IMG/VR virus record: IMGVR_UViG_3300002835_000132
Strand: one strand, 5' to 3'
Origin: an uncultured virus (IMG/VR IMGVR_UViG_3300002835_000132)
Taxonomy: Duplodnaviria; Heunggongvirae; Uroviricota; Caudoviricetes
DNA length: 64,000 bases
A model generated the notes under the pieces. The model did not search any database and was not told the DNA's origin. It saw only the letters and a list, made by a program, of their open reading frames with translations. This document shows, piece by piece, positions 47,410 through 58,383 of this stretch (position 1 is its first letter; each line of letters starts with the position of its first letter). The position numbers and the translations under genes are program-made.

Positions 47410-48357
47410 ATGGAAAAAATTTTAGTGGAGAATCCTAATAGATTCGTCATCTTCCCAATTCAGTATGATGACATTTGGGAATATTATAAACAACATCAAG
47501 CGGCGTTTTGGACGGCAGAAGAGGTTGATTTAAGTAATGACATCAGAGATTGGAATAATCTTACTGAAAACGAACAATACTTCGTTAAGAACATCTTATC
47601 GTTCTTCGCGGCTTCAGATGGTATTGTTAACGAAAATCTTGCTGAGAATTTCTTAAAGGAAGTACAATATCCTGAAGCGAAATTCTTTTACGGGTTCCAA
47701 CTGATGATGGAGAATATACATAGTTTAATGTACTCTCTATTAATCGACACATATATCTCAGACGAGAAAGAAAAACAACTATGCTTCACAGCATTAGATA
47801 ACTTACCTGCGGTTCAAAAGAAAGCGAAATGGGCTCTTGATTGGATTGAAAATGCGTCTTTCCAAGAGAGATTAGTTGCGTTCGCTGCGGTTGAAGGTAT
47901 CTTCTTCTCAGGTTCATTCTGTTCAATCTTTTGGTTGAAATCAAGAGGAATCATGCAAGGGTTATGTAACGCCAATTCTTTAATCTTTAAAGATGAAAAC
48001 CTACACTGTGATTTTGCTATTCACTTAGTTAATAATCACTTAGAGAACAAACCATCAGAAAAGAGAATTAAAGAAATCCTATTATCTGCACTTGAAATTG
48101 AAAAAGAATTCATCACAGAATCTTTACCTGTTTCACTTATCGGAATGAATTCAAACTTAATGAAACAATATCTTGAATTCGTAACCGATGGGTTATTAGT
48201 TAAATTTGGTTGTAAAAAAGAGTTTAACGTTGAACAACCATTTAAGTTTATGGAACAAATCGCGGTTGAAACAAAGGGTAACTTCTTTGAGTCAAGAACG
48301 ATGGAATACCAAAAAGCGAAACTAAACGAAACATTATCTTTTGATTCTGATTTCTAA
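47410..48357 (+). CDS. nrdB: Ribonucleotide reductase class Ia beta subunit
   Basis: [24 protein letters not shown] and NFFE motifs. Confidence 0.95.
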   Translation: MEKILVENPNRFVIFPIQYDDIWEYYKQHQAAFWTAEEVDLSNDIRDWNNLTENEQYFVKNILSFFAASDGIVNENLAENFLKEVQYPEAKFFYGFQLMMENIHSLMYSLLIDTYISDEKEKQLCFTALDNLPAVQKKAKWALDWIENASFQERLVAFAAVEGIFFSGSFCSIFWLKSRGIMQGLCNANSLIFKDENLHCDFAIHLVNNHLENKPSEKRIKEILLSALEIEKEFITESLPVSLIGMNSNLMKQYLEFVTDGLLVKFGCKKEFNVEQPFKFMEQIAVETKGNFFESRTMEYQKAKLNETLSFDSDF

Positions 48358-48375
48358 TTTATTACTATTAAAAAT

Positions 48376-50802
48376 ATGATGTCACTAAAAATTAAAAAAA
48401 GAGGCGGGGAAGATGCGTCCTTTAATCCACAAAAAATATATAGCAGAATTAAAAGAGCTTCTAAAGGTTTAACTGTAAATTCAGACGAAATCTTTATTAA
48501 AGTTATTACTTCTGTACCTACAGAAGGTGTTATAACAACTAAAGAGTTAGACAAACTTGTATATGAAATTGCCGCCGCTTACACGGGTAGTCACCACGAT
48601 TATTCAAGACTTGCATCTTCAGTTGCAATCTCTTCTTACCACAAAGAAACTGACCCAAGTTTCTCAAATACAATGCATACGTTACACGTTGATGGTATTG
48701 TACATGATGAACTAATGTCAATCATTGAAAAATATGGTCCGAGTAAAATTGATGAGGTCATTAATCATGAAAATGATTATAACTTTGATTATTTCGCTTG
48801 GAGGTCATTACAAGAAATGTACTTGTTAAAGACACCTGAAGGTAAAGTAATTGAAAGACCACAACACATGTACATGAGAGTTGCTCTATGGGTAACTAAC
48901 ACGTATGAAGAGGCGGTAGAATACTACAACTCATTATCAAACCAACGTATATCAAAGGCGACACCTATTATGATTAATGCGGGTACAAGAGTACCTCAAT
49001 TAGCATCTTGTGTGTTACATTACAACAACTCTGACTCGAGAGAAGGGTTATTGAAAACCTTGAATGATATTTCAACTTATTCTTCAGACGCTGCGGGTAT
49101 TGGATTATCAATGTCTAACATTCGTAGTAAAGAAAGTAGAATTAAATCATCAGGTGGATTTGCTGGAGGATTACTAAAGTACTTAAAAATTGTTAACGAG
49201 TCATTAAGATTCTTTAACCAACAAGGAAGAAGACCTGGTAGTGCTGCTATCTATTTAGAACCATGGCACAGAGATATTATGGACCTATTAGAGATTAAAA
49301 AGAATACAGGTGCTGAGGAATTAAGAGCGAGAGATTTATTCACCGCGTTATGGATTCCCGATAACTTCATGAGAGCGGTTAAGAACAATGAAGATTGGTA
49401 CTTATTCTGTCCTAATGAAATTATTAAATCGGGTATCAAACCATTACAAGAATGTTATGGTGATGAATACGAAGAAAACTATCAAAAGGCAGTTGATTTA
49501 GGTATCGGTAGAAAAGTTAAAGCTCAAGATATTTGGTCTAAAATTATCGAGTCCCAAGTTGAGACAGGGGTTCCTTACTTATGTGCTAAAGATAGTGCGA
49601 ATAAGAAAACTAACCACCAAAACATCGGTGTAATTAAACAATCAAACTTATGTAACGAGATTTACCAATACACTGATGAAGAGACAACTGCAATCTGTAC
49701 GTTATCATCTATCGTATTGAAAAACTTTATTGTTGATGGTAAGTTTGATTATAAGTTATTGATTGAAGAAGTTAGAAGAGCGGTAAGAGCGTTGAACAAC
49801 GTAATCGATAAAAATAACTATTCAACAGAAAAAGGATTAAAAGGAGGACTTGAACAAAGAGCGATTGCTATTGGAACTCAAGGGTTGGCGGACGTATTCT
49901 ATTTAATGGATTACATCTTCACATCTGAAGAGGCTAAAGTTTTAAATAAAAACATATTCGAGGCAATCTACTTCGCAGCTATCACTGAAAGTAATGACTT
50001 ATGTAAAAGAGGTATTAGAAAACCATATAAATTTTTCAAAGGGTCACCAATGTCAAAAGGTGTATTCCAATTTGATATGTGGGGATTAAACGAATCTGAA
50101 TTATTTTTAGATTGGGATACCTTAAAAACAGAAGTTAAAGAATACGGAGTGTGTAACTCTTTATTTACAGCTCAGATGCCAGTTGCATCTTCAGCTAAAA
50201 TCACAGGTTCATTTGAAATGACTGAACCAGCACACTCTGCGTTATTTAACAGAAGAGTTGTTGGTGGTGAAATTATGATTGTTAACAAGTACTTAATTAA
50301 CGACTTTGAGAAAATTGGGGTATGGTGTGAAGACTTGAAAAACGAAATAATCATGAATGAGGGGTCTATTCAAAACATTAACTTTAACCAATACCTTGAC
50401 CCTGAGGACAGAAACTATAATAAAAAAGTTAAGAGAATTGAACACTTGATTCCAAAGTATAAAACAATTTGGGAAATCTCTCAAAAAGAATTGATTGACA
50501 TGGCGGCGGACAGAGCTCCGTTTATTGACCAATCACAATCAATGAACATTTATATGAGTAATCCAACATTGTCTAAAATTACTTCATCACACTTCCACTC
50601 ATGGGAGAAAGGATTAAAGACTTTATGTTACTATGTTAGAACCAAAGCGATTTCAACAGGAGCTAAACACTTAGCGGTTGATGTATCAAAAATACAGAAA
50701 TCAAAACCTACTGTTGAGGTACCTAAAGTAGATTACACTAACATGAATTTACCTCAAAAACCTGAAGGAATCGAAATTGAATGTTTCGGTTGTTCATCTT
50801 AA
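48376..50802 (+). CDS. nrdA: Ribonucleotide reductase class Ia alpha subunit with ATP cone
   Basis: IKKRGG cone, ERPQ, SNLCNEI, GLKT.CYY and C-terminal CFGCSS. Confidence 0.95.
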   Translation: MMSLKIKKRGGEDASFNPQKIYSRIKRASKGLTVNSDEIFIKVITSVPTEGVITTKELDKLVYEIAAAYTGSHHDYSRLASSVAISSYHKETDPSFSNTMHTLHVDGIVHDELMSIIEKYGPSKIDEVINHENDYNFDYFAWRSLQEMYLLKTPEGKVIERPQHMYMRVALWVTNTYEEAVEYYNSLSNQRISKATPIMINAGTRVPQLASCVLHYNNSDSREGLLKTLNDISTYSSDAAGIGLSMSNIRSKESRIKSSGGFAGGLLKYLKIVNESLRFFNQQGRRPGSAAIYLEPWHRDIMDLLEIKKNTGAEELRARDLFTALWIPDNFMRAVKNNEDWYLFCPNEIIKSGIKPLQECYGDEYEENYQKAVDLGIGRKVKAQDIWSKIIESQVETGVPYLCAKDSANKKTNHQNIGVIKQSNLCNEIYQYTDEETTAICTLSSIVLKNFIVDGKFDYKLLIEEVRRAVRALNNVIDKNNYSTEKGLKGGLEQRAIAIGTQGLADVFYLMDYIFTSEEAKVLNKNIFEAIYFAAITESNDLCKRGIRKPYKFFKGSPMSKGVFQFDMWGLNESELFLDWDTLKTEVKEYGVCNSLFTAQMPVASSAKITGSFEMTEPAHSALFNRRVVGGEIMIVNKYLINDFEKIGVWCEDLKNEIIMNEGSIQNINFNQYLDPEDRNYNKKVKRIEHLIPKYKTIWEISQKELIDMAADRAPFIDQSQSMNIYMSNPTLSKITSSHFHSWEKGLKTLCYYVRTKAISTGAKHLAVDVSKIQKSKPTVEVPKVDYTNMNLPQKPEGIEIECFGCSS

Positions 50803-50808
50803 GATACT

Positions 50809-50842
50809 AAATAATCCCGACCAACATCGGGATTATTTATTT
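50809..50842 (+). terminator. Terminator after nrdA
   Basis: aaataatcccga-ccaaca-tcgggattattt. Confidence 0.7.
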
Positions 50843-50885
50843 TAATCTATTTATAAGGAAAAACGAGGGTATTATATTTATAGTT

Positions 50886-51356
50886 ATGGCAGATGGAACT
50901 ACATATGGTATTAATTTTCCTTTTAGAGATTCTAAAAGAGGAGATTATTTACAATTAACAGAGTTTGAAGCTCAACAGATTAAAGCGGATTTAGTTCATT
51001 TATTGTTAACAAGAAAAGGTACAAGATATTACTTACCTGATTTTGGAACAAGACTATATGAATTTTTATTTGAACCTTTTGACGGACTTACGTTTGATGC
51101 GATTCAATCTGACATCAGAGAAGCTGTTTCGAGATACATGCCAAATTTATTATTAAATAATATCTCAATCACACCTGCAGACCCAATGGAAGAGGTTGAT
51201 ATCGCGGAAGGACAAAACATCGTAGGAAGTAGCGAATCACCAGTATATAGATTTCCAGGTAAAGGGACATCAGAATATACTGCAAAAATTAAAATCGATT
51301 ACTCAGTAGAATCAAATACGTTTGCTCAGAGTGATTTTGTAATTATCAATATTTAA
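50886..51356 (+). CDS. Baseplate wedge protein (gp25-like)
   Basis: LLLTRKGTR...PDFGT.LYEFLFEP. Confidence 0.9.
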   Translation: MADGTTYGINFPFRDSKRGDYLQLTEFEAQQIKADLVHLLLTRKGTRYYLPDFGTRLYEFLFEPFDGLTFDAIQSDIREAVSRYMPNLLLNNISITPADPMEEVDIAEGQNIVGSSESPVYRFPGKGTSEYTAKIKIDYSVESNTFAQSDFVIINI

Positions 51357-51361
51357 TATAG

Positions 51362-53200
51362 ATGGCGAATCGTAAAATATCATATACAACCAGAGATTAT
51401 CAGGGAATAAGAACTGAGTTACTTAACTATTGCAAAACATACTATCCTGAATTAATTCAAGATTTTAATGATGCTTCGGTATTCTCAGTATTCTTAGATT
51501 TAAACGCAGCCGTTGCCGATAACCTACATTATCATATTGATAGAAGTATTCAAGAAACGGTACTTCAATACGCACAACAAAGGTCTTCAATATATAACAT
51601 TGCAAGAACCTACGGTTTAAAATTGCCAGGTCAAAGACCTTCAGTTGCTCTTGTTGACTTCTCAATCACAGTTCCTGCGTTCGGTGATAAAGAAGATGAA
51701 AGATACTTAGGAACTCTAACAAGAGGGTCTCAAGTAACAGGGGCGGGTATTGTATTTGAGAATATCTATGATATTGATTTTACATCACCATATAATGCTC
51801 AAGGGTTTCCGAACAGATTAAAGATTCCAAATTTCAACTCCAACAACGTATTAATTAACTATACTATCACCAAAAGAGAGTTAGTTGTTAATGGTATAAC
51901 TAAAGTATTCAAAAAAGTAGTTAGTCCAAATGACGTTAGACCATTCTTTGAATTATTCTTACCTGAAAAAAATGTATTAGGTATTACAAGTGTATTACTT
52001 AAGAGTGGTACCGAGTATAGTAATATACCAACAAGTGCTGAGTTTATCGGAGCATCTAATAGATGGTACGAGGTAGACGCATTAGCCGAAGATAGAGTTT
52101 TTGTTGAAGACCCTACAAAAGTATCTGACCAACCTGGTATTAAAGTAGGAAGATACATTCAAACACAAAACAGATTTATTAGCGAATACACACCTGAAGG
52201 ATTTAAGAAAATGACTTTCGGTGGTGGTACCAATACCGCTCAAGATGCTTTAGACCAATTTACAACAGTAGGGACAACATTAGATTTACAAAGATATACA
52301 AACAACTTCTCTTTAGGTTCGGCATTAGTTCCAAACTCAACACTATTCATACAATATAGAGTTGGTGGGGGATTGGCATCAAACTTAGGAACGAATGTTA
52401 TTAATCAAATAGGCACTGTTTCATTCTACGTTAATGGTCCTTCAGAGTTAACAAACTCTTCAGTAGTTAACTCGTTAAGATGTACTAACGTAACCGCGGC
52501 AATTGGTGGAGCAGGACTTCCATCATTAGAAGAAATAAGAAACTATGTATCGTTTAACTTCTCCGCTCAAAAAAGAGCAGTGACAGTCCAAGATTATGAG
52601 GCTCTTATTAGAAACATGCCAGCGGAATTCGGAGCACCTGCCAAAGTTTCAATTACAGAAAATAACAACAAAATATTAATTCAATTACTATCATACGATA
52701 CTTCAGGTAAATTAACCAATATTGTTTCTGATACTTTAAGACAGAATGTGGCAACTTATCTATCAAACTATCGAATGATAAATGACTACATTTCTATCTT
52801 AACCGCTGAAGTTATTGACCTTAGTGTTGATGTTCAGATTGTATTAGATGCTGCTCAGAATTCAGGACAAGTTATTGCTGATGTGGTTGACAAAATATCA
52901 GCGTATTTTAATCCTCAAGTAAGACAGTTAGGGCAAAACGTATACCTATCTGAACTTAGAAGTATTGTTCAAAATCAAAATGGTGTAATCACTGTTGCAG
53001 GAATGAATGTTTACAATAAAGTTGGGGGGCAATATTCTTCGGCTGAAACATCTATGGAGTATTCCGACCCTGAAACTAAAGAAATATTACCTGTGGATGA
53101 TACGGTGTTTGCTCAACCTTCACAAGTTTACCAAATCCGTTATCCAAACAAAGATATTAGAGTTTCGGTTAAAAATTTCCAATCAGTTACCTTCTCTTAA
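51362..53200 (+). CDS. Baseplate wedge protein (T4 gp6/baseplate J-like)
   Basis: RDYQGIR..L, FGGG, YRVGGG and QKRAVTVQDY motifs. Confidence 0.85.
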   Translation: MANRKISYTTRDYQGIRTELLNYCKTYYPELIQDFNDASVFSVFLDLNAAVADNLHYHIDRSIQETVLQYAQQRSSIYNIARTYGLKLPGQRPSVALVDFSITVPAFGDKEDERYLGTLTRGSQVTGAGIVFENIYDIDFTSPYNAQGFPNRLKIPNFNSNNVLINYTITKRELVVNGITKVFKKVVSPNDVRPFFELFLPEKNVLGITSVLLKSGTEYSNIPTSAEFIGASNRWYEVDALAEDRVFVEDPTKVSDQPGIKVGRYIQTQNRFISEYTPEGFKKMTFGGGTNTAQDALDQFTTVGTTLDLQRYTNNFSLGSALVPNSTLFIQYRVGGGLASNLGTNVINQIGTVSFYVNGPSELTNSSVVNSLRCTNVTAAIGGAGLPSLEEIRNYVSFNFSAQKRAVTVQDYEALIRNMPAEFGAPAKVSITENNNKILIQLLSYDTSGKLTNIVSDTLRQNVATYLSNYRMINDYISILTAEVIDLSVDVQIVLDAAQNSGQVIADVVDKISAYFNPQVRQLGQNVYLSELRSIVQNQNGVITVAGMNVYNKVGGQYSSAETSMEYSDPETKEILPVDDTVFAQPSQVYQIRYPNKDIRVSVKNFQSVTFS

Positions 53201-53295
53201 TAGGTTTATTATCGTTACGTTTAGTTTATTATTAAAAAGAGTGTGTTAGTACTTTAAAAATAACACATAAACTATTTATAAATTAAAGGTAATAC

Positions 53296-56200
53296 ATGGG
53301 TCAATCATATAGGATAAAAACCGAACTCGGGTCTAATAAGACAATCAACGTCCAATTAGACCAAGAGTTTGAATTCTTAGAAATCTTATCGTTAAAAATA
53401 CAACAAGCGGATATCTACACAAGAAGTTGTGCGGACTATGGTGTTATTGTTGGTAGAGTTACCGCCAATAATGGGTTGGGTATACCTAATGCGAGAGTTG
53501 CGGTATTCGTCCCAATAACCAATGTTGACGAATCTAATCCTTTAATATCAAGTATCTATCCTTATGAATCTCCTTCAGATAAAAATGAAGACGGATATCG
53601 ATACAATCTTTTACCTTACGAAAAATCATATTCAAAGCACTCAGCGACAGGTACACTACCAACAAGAGCGGATTCTCTTACGGGGATAACTGCAGTTGAA
53701 ATATATGACACGTATTACAAGTATACTGCCAAAACAAACGAAAGTGGGGATTACATGATAATGGGGGTTCCGTTAGGGGACCAAGCGATTGTTATGGATG
53801 TTGACTTATCCGATATTGGAGAGTTCTCACTAACACCTCAGGATTTAATTAGAATGGGGTTGGCAACCGAAGCACAAGTTGCGGGTTCTAAATTTAGAAC
53901 TTCAACAGATTTAAATTCATTACCACAAATAGTTAATTTAGTTAAGAACGTTGAAGTTTCTCCATTATGGGGTGATGCGTCACTTTGTCAAATTGCAATA
54001 AATCGATTAGATTTTGATTTAAGAGATGATGCCAATGTTGATATACAACCGACATCGGTGTTTATGGGATGTATGTTTTCTTCACCTGACACTCTAAGAG
54101 TAAGGAATAATGGAAGACCAAAAGATAACATGGGTAACCTATGCGGTTTAACAACATCACCAGGTCAAATATTAGCGTTAAGACAAACAATACAACAAGA
54201 TATAGATGGTAACCCTGTTTTAGAACAATATGAGTTAGAACAATCAGGAAATGTTATTGATGGTTCAGGAACATGGTTAATAGAATTACCAATGAACTTA
54301 GATTATTTTATAACTAATGAATTTGGTGAAAAAGTATTGTCAAATGACCCAACTGTTGGAGTTCCAACAAAGGCCAAGTACCGTTTTAAGGTCAAATGGA
54401 CTCAACCAAATGATTTAACTTTACAAACAAGAAGAGCTTATTATTTAGTTCCAAACGTTAAAGAATACGGATGGACAACATCATCATCAGACCCGTCAAC
54501 TAGAAGTATTCCAACAACAAATAATTCTAAACAACAACAGAGTTCTTATTATTTTGGATTGGCTTGGAGTGGTTATACTGATGGATTTATTGGACAGAAA
54601 AAAATAGAGAGACTTAATGAGATTATCGATTGCGAAGATACATTCTACGAATTTCAATTCAATAAAGTTTATACGGTGTCTTCTTTGATTGACCAATACA
54701 AAAGTGGTAGAAATATTATTGGGTCCGCGCCAGGTAGGTTTATTGGTATTAAAGAAATTGATGACCAAGATTGTGAAGATAGTGTTAACAAATTTCCTGT
54801 TAATGACGGGTTTAGAAACTTTGATTTTTTATTTTTCCTCTTCTCAATTTTAATGACGGTAATACAACCAGTAGCGTTAATCTTATTAACTATTGGGCAT
54901 ATTTTATTATTTTTATATAATTTAGTTTTAGACTTTTTATGTTGGCTTTCCTATGTTGGTATTAGAGTGAAAAGAGTTTTTTCTTGGTACCCATTTAAAA
55001 AATGGAGAAAGTATTGTACTAAAAAAGATTATACAATAAGGTTACCAATGATTACTTATCCTGATTGTCAGGCTTGTGATTGTAAACAAACCCTTAAAGA
55101 TAGTTCAAATAACCAAGCAACTTCAGGTGTAGATGGTGCAGGTGTTTTATCTTATCTTTCATCTTCAGACCTTTATTACGATGGATTAGCATCTAGTTAT
55201 TTCTCAGGAGATACAGAAAATGGTGAGGATTGGTCCATCATGTTTAGTGAAGCGATAGCAGGACTTGGGTTAACTTCTAATATTGGAGACCCATCAAGAT
55301 ATAAGTTACCTCTTTCACAACAATTAAACATTGGAGGAGGTAGATTTGTTGCATCATATGATTTACCTATTGGTGAAAGAATTAATATTTTTAATTTAAG
55401 AGAAAGTTATTTTTCAAATATTAATAAAATTAAAGTAACATTCGCAAAAGATTCCAATTTTGGAAAACATCATTATGATAATACCATAACGGTGTTATCG
55501 CAGGAGCAATTTGCTGCGGGAGATTTATTAACTTTTATTAATATAACTGGAACTACAGATACAAATTATCTTTACAGTGCATCAACTGCCGACGGTATTA
55601 TTACGGGTATTAGTGGTGAAACTTATAATGGTAGTGGAGCAACAACAATAGACGTATCTTATGCAACAACACAAGTATCAAATATTGTAACACCTGTTAG
55701 ATATAACTTACCTTATGGTTCATCTGAAACTAATTATAGATTCCCTGCGGATGTTGAGTATTACCAAGTTATTACTGCGATAACAGTATCGGACGCCGCC
55801 AAAATATGGAATACAGGTACGACACAATCTTTTGGTAATATTCTTAACAGTGTTGGTACATACATACCAGCTAAACCAAGTTTTGGAGGATGGTCGGTTG
55901 ACAATGCCGTAATCAATTTTAATGCTTTTGAATATTTTGAAGGAGCAAGTTCTCAGTTTATATTAGTTTTACAGAGAGGAGTTGACCCATACTCTCCAAA
56001 ATATGTTAATGAATATTCGTTAGGTAATTTATTTGGTACAAGTGAATTTGATTCGAATTGGACTGTAACCGCAGCAACAAGAGTTAACATACCAATACAA
56101 AAATTAAATAATAGTAGTATATCGGTACAATCTTACAATCAAAATGATATGTATAATCAATCGTATTTCTTTAAACCTGGAACCACAACATCGTCAATTG

Positions 56201-58383
56201 CGGGACAATCGTTTTCAGGATTTAATACAACAAATACGGCATATTACGGTTCGTTAGATGCAAGTATAAACCCATTACCTGTAGGGGCAACATTAGATGG
56301 TGTAGCTCCAAACAACCCTGGTACTTTAGGTTCTGCGAAAAGGATTACTCGAAGTGGGGTTTCTGCGTCTTCAGATGTTTTGGGATGTAATGCCCCATAT
56401 CTGAATACCGATAGTTTATTTGTACCAAATGTAGCAGCAAATGCCACGCCAAGACTTGGGTTGACAATGTATAATAATTATGACTCATTTTTTGGGTATA
56501 CAAGTAGGTTTGATGGAAACAATCGTTGGTGGAAAATGAATTGGGGCGGTATTTTCTATTCTGTTAAAGTTAATACTTCAGGTGTTATAGGAGGGTTCAT
56601 ATCGTGCGTTGATTTATCTACTTTACCTAAAGTAGTATCGATATCTTCAAATGGATTTTATAGTCCATTTTCTTCAAGTATTAAATATGATAACAGTGAA
56701 GACCTATCTGGTAGTGCGGTTATGAAAGTTAATAATAGTGGTCTTGTTTTTGCAAGTAATTATGTTAACGACTTAGGATATTATTATACAACAAAAACTT
56801 TTTTTAGTTACAACCCATCAATGTTAATTGATAACGCTCAATTGAACGTACTAAGGACTGATAGACTACCATCGTCAGACGGATTAGATGGTGGTTCTTG
56901 GACATTAAATCCATCATTATTACAACAAAACGTTAATTTTAATGTCTACCTAATAAATACAGACTCGGAAGATATTACATCTGATGCGTTTCAAACAGGT
57001 GCTCAAACTGTAACTGCAGATTTAGAGGGGTTACCAAACTCTATTAAAGTTTTGGAAAGTTTCGATTGTGAGGCAATGGTTGGGTTAGAATGTTACGAAG
57101 GATTTGGAGATACTTTTGGTATTAACCAATCATGTACTACTAAAGATGCTGTTGAAAGTGGGTGTTATATGTTTTTAAGAAGACCAATAACTGACTTAGT
57201 TAAAGATTTACGTAATTTTGGAGAATGGGGATTTAGGTTTAGATTTTTTTACGGATTATGTCGAGGAGTATTATCCCAATCATTTATGAATAATTGGATT
57301 AATGGTTCACTATACGCATTCCCAATACAAGTTAACACATATTATAATAATAAAAATAAACCAGAGTACCCTAGTTTCCCTCGAGAAATAGTGTACTTCA
57401 ATATGGATAGTAATAACTTCTATTATAGAAGTAGTCCTTGGAATGACACGTCAAATAAATTTGTTGGCAAAAGAGCAACGGACACGGGAAGTGTAAATGC
57501 CTCGAATCTTTTATACCCAACAACAATTATTAATTTAGGGATGAAAGATTATTTTTATTCTGAAATAACCTTTGACCCATCAACAAAAGGATATGTTCTA
57601 CCAAATATTAATCCAACTAGTTATGGGGACACTTCAGATTTAATTAATTTATTTGTTATTTCAAGAATTACTGATGATAGTTTTTTAAAACAATTAATCC
57701 CTGCAGGTGATAATGGTATAGACCAATTATTTAGCCGACCACAAAAAAGAATCGATGGTGACTTGGCTCAATTATTATCGATAAATTCTGAAATAGGGAA
57801 TGTTAATTTTTCACCTGAATTTTATGAAATTTTTCCTGGGGCAATTAACCCGACAACAATATTAGGAACTCCTAGTGACCCGATTATGGCTGTGTGGTTT
57901 TCATCTACAACAGAAGACCTTCAAACCAAAGATTATTTAACACCAGGAAGAATTAATTTTAGAGGAACCGACAACGTCGGGTATTACCCATATCCATATG
58001 GTATTAAATCGCAATTAGTTCCGTTCTATCAATGGAGACTAGCGTCGGGTTCATCAACAATATTTGGAAATCAAAATAACACATGGGCAACAAATAGTCA
58101 GGATATTATTCAAAGTAAGTATCAATCTTTAGATAGGTCAACAACAGATACTAAATATTATTTAAATGGAACGTCCGTAGCGAATGATTTAACCGCGAGA
58201 GGGTACATATATAGTGTAGATGGGAATGTTGTAAGTTACCCAACTGTGGGTGGTCGATATACCTCAACACCACAAACTTCAAATAGATTTTTAGTGGGAG
58301 CACCATATCAATTCTATTTTGGGGTTGTTAAAGGTGAATCGGCATTAGATAGGTTTAAAACAAAATACTCATTAGATGAATAA
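53296..58383 (+). CDS. Large putative structural protein with an internal hydrophobic hairpin
   Basis: N-terminal GVIVGRV...GIPNARV beta-sandwich; about 50 hydrophobic residues near aa 510-560; baseplate gene context. Confidence 0.55.
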   Translation: MGQSYRIKTELGSNKTINVQLDQEFEFLEILSLKIQQADIYTRSCADYGVIVGRVTANNGLGIPNARVAVFVPITNVDESNPLISSIYPYESPSDKNEDGYRYNLLPYEKSYSKHSATGTLPTRADSLTGITAVEIYDTYYKYTAKTNESGDYMIMGVPLGDQAIVMDVDLSDIGEFSLTPQDLIRMGLATEAQVAGSKFRTSTDLNSLPQIVNLVKNVEVSPLWGDASLCQIAINRLDFDLRDDANVDIQPTSVFMGCMFSSPDTLRVRNNGRPKDNMGNLCGLTTSPGQILALRQTIQQDIDGNPVLEQYELEQSGNVIDGSGTWLIELPMNLDYFITNEFGEKVLSNDPTVGVPTKAKYRFKVKWTQPNDLTLQTRRAYYLVPNVKEYGWTTSSSDPSTRSIPTTNNSKQQQSSYYFGLAWSGYTDGFIGQKKIERLNEIIDCEDTFYEFQFNKVYTVSSLIDQYKSGRNIIGSAPGRFIGIKEIDDQDCEDSVNKFPVNDGFRNFDFLFFLFSILMTVIQPVALILLTIGHILLFLYNLVLDFLCWLSYVGIRVKRVFSWYPFKKWRKYCTKKDYTIRLPMITYPDCQACDCKQTLKDSSNNQATSGVDGAGVLSYLSSSDLYYDGLASSYFSGDTENGEDWSIMFSEAIAGLGLTSNIGDPSRYKLPLSQQLNIGGGRFVASYDLPIGERINIFNLRESYFSNINKIKVTFAKDSNFGKHHYDNTITVLSQEQFAAGDLLTFINITGTTDTNYLYSASTADGIITGISGETYNGSGATTIDVSYATTQVSNIVTPVRYNLPYGSSETNYRFPADVEYYQVITAITVSDAAKIWNTGTTQSFGNILNSVGTYIPAKPSFGGWSVDNAVINFNAFEYFEGASSQFILVLQRGVDPYSPKYVNEYSLGNLFGTSEFDSNWTVTAATRVNIPIQKLNNSSISVQSYNQNDMYNQSYFFKPGTTTSSIAGQSFSGFNTTNTAYYGSLDASINPLPVGATLDGVAPNNPGTLGSAKRITRSGVSASSDVLGCNAPYLNTDSLFVPNVAANATPRLGLTMYNNYDSFFGYTSRFDGNNRWWKMNWGGIFYSVKVNTSGVIGGFISCVDLSTLPKVVSISSNGFYSPFSSSIKYDNSEDLSGSAVMKVNNSGLVFASNYVNDLGYYYTTKTFFSYNPSMLIDNAQLNVLRTDRLPSSDGLDGGSWTLNPSLLQQNVNFNVYLINTDSEDITSDAFQTGAQTVTADLEGLPNSIKVLESFDCEAMVGLECYEGFGDTFGINQSCTTKDAVESGCYMFLRRPITDLVKDLRNFGEWGFRFRFFYGLCRGVLSQSFMNNWINGSLYAFPIQVNTYYNNKNKPEYPSFPREIVYFNMDSNNFYYRSSPWNDTSNKFVGKRATDTGSVNASNLLYPTTIINLGMKDYFYSEITFDPSTKGYVLPNINPTSYGDTSDLINLFVISRITDDSFLKQLIPAGDNGIDQLFSRPQKRIDGDLAQLLSINSEIGNVNFSPEFYEIFPGAINPTTILGTPSDPIMAVWFSSTTEDLQTKDYLTPGRINFRGTDNVGYYPYPYGIKSQLVPFYQWRLASGSSTIFGNQNNTWATNSQDIIQSKYQSLDRSTTDTKYYLNGTSVANDLTARGYIYSVDGNVVSYPTVGGRYTSTPQTSNRFLVGAPYQFYFGVVKGESALDRFKTKYSLDE

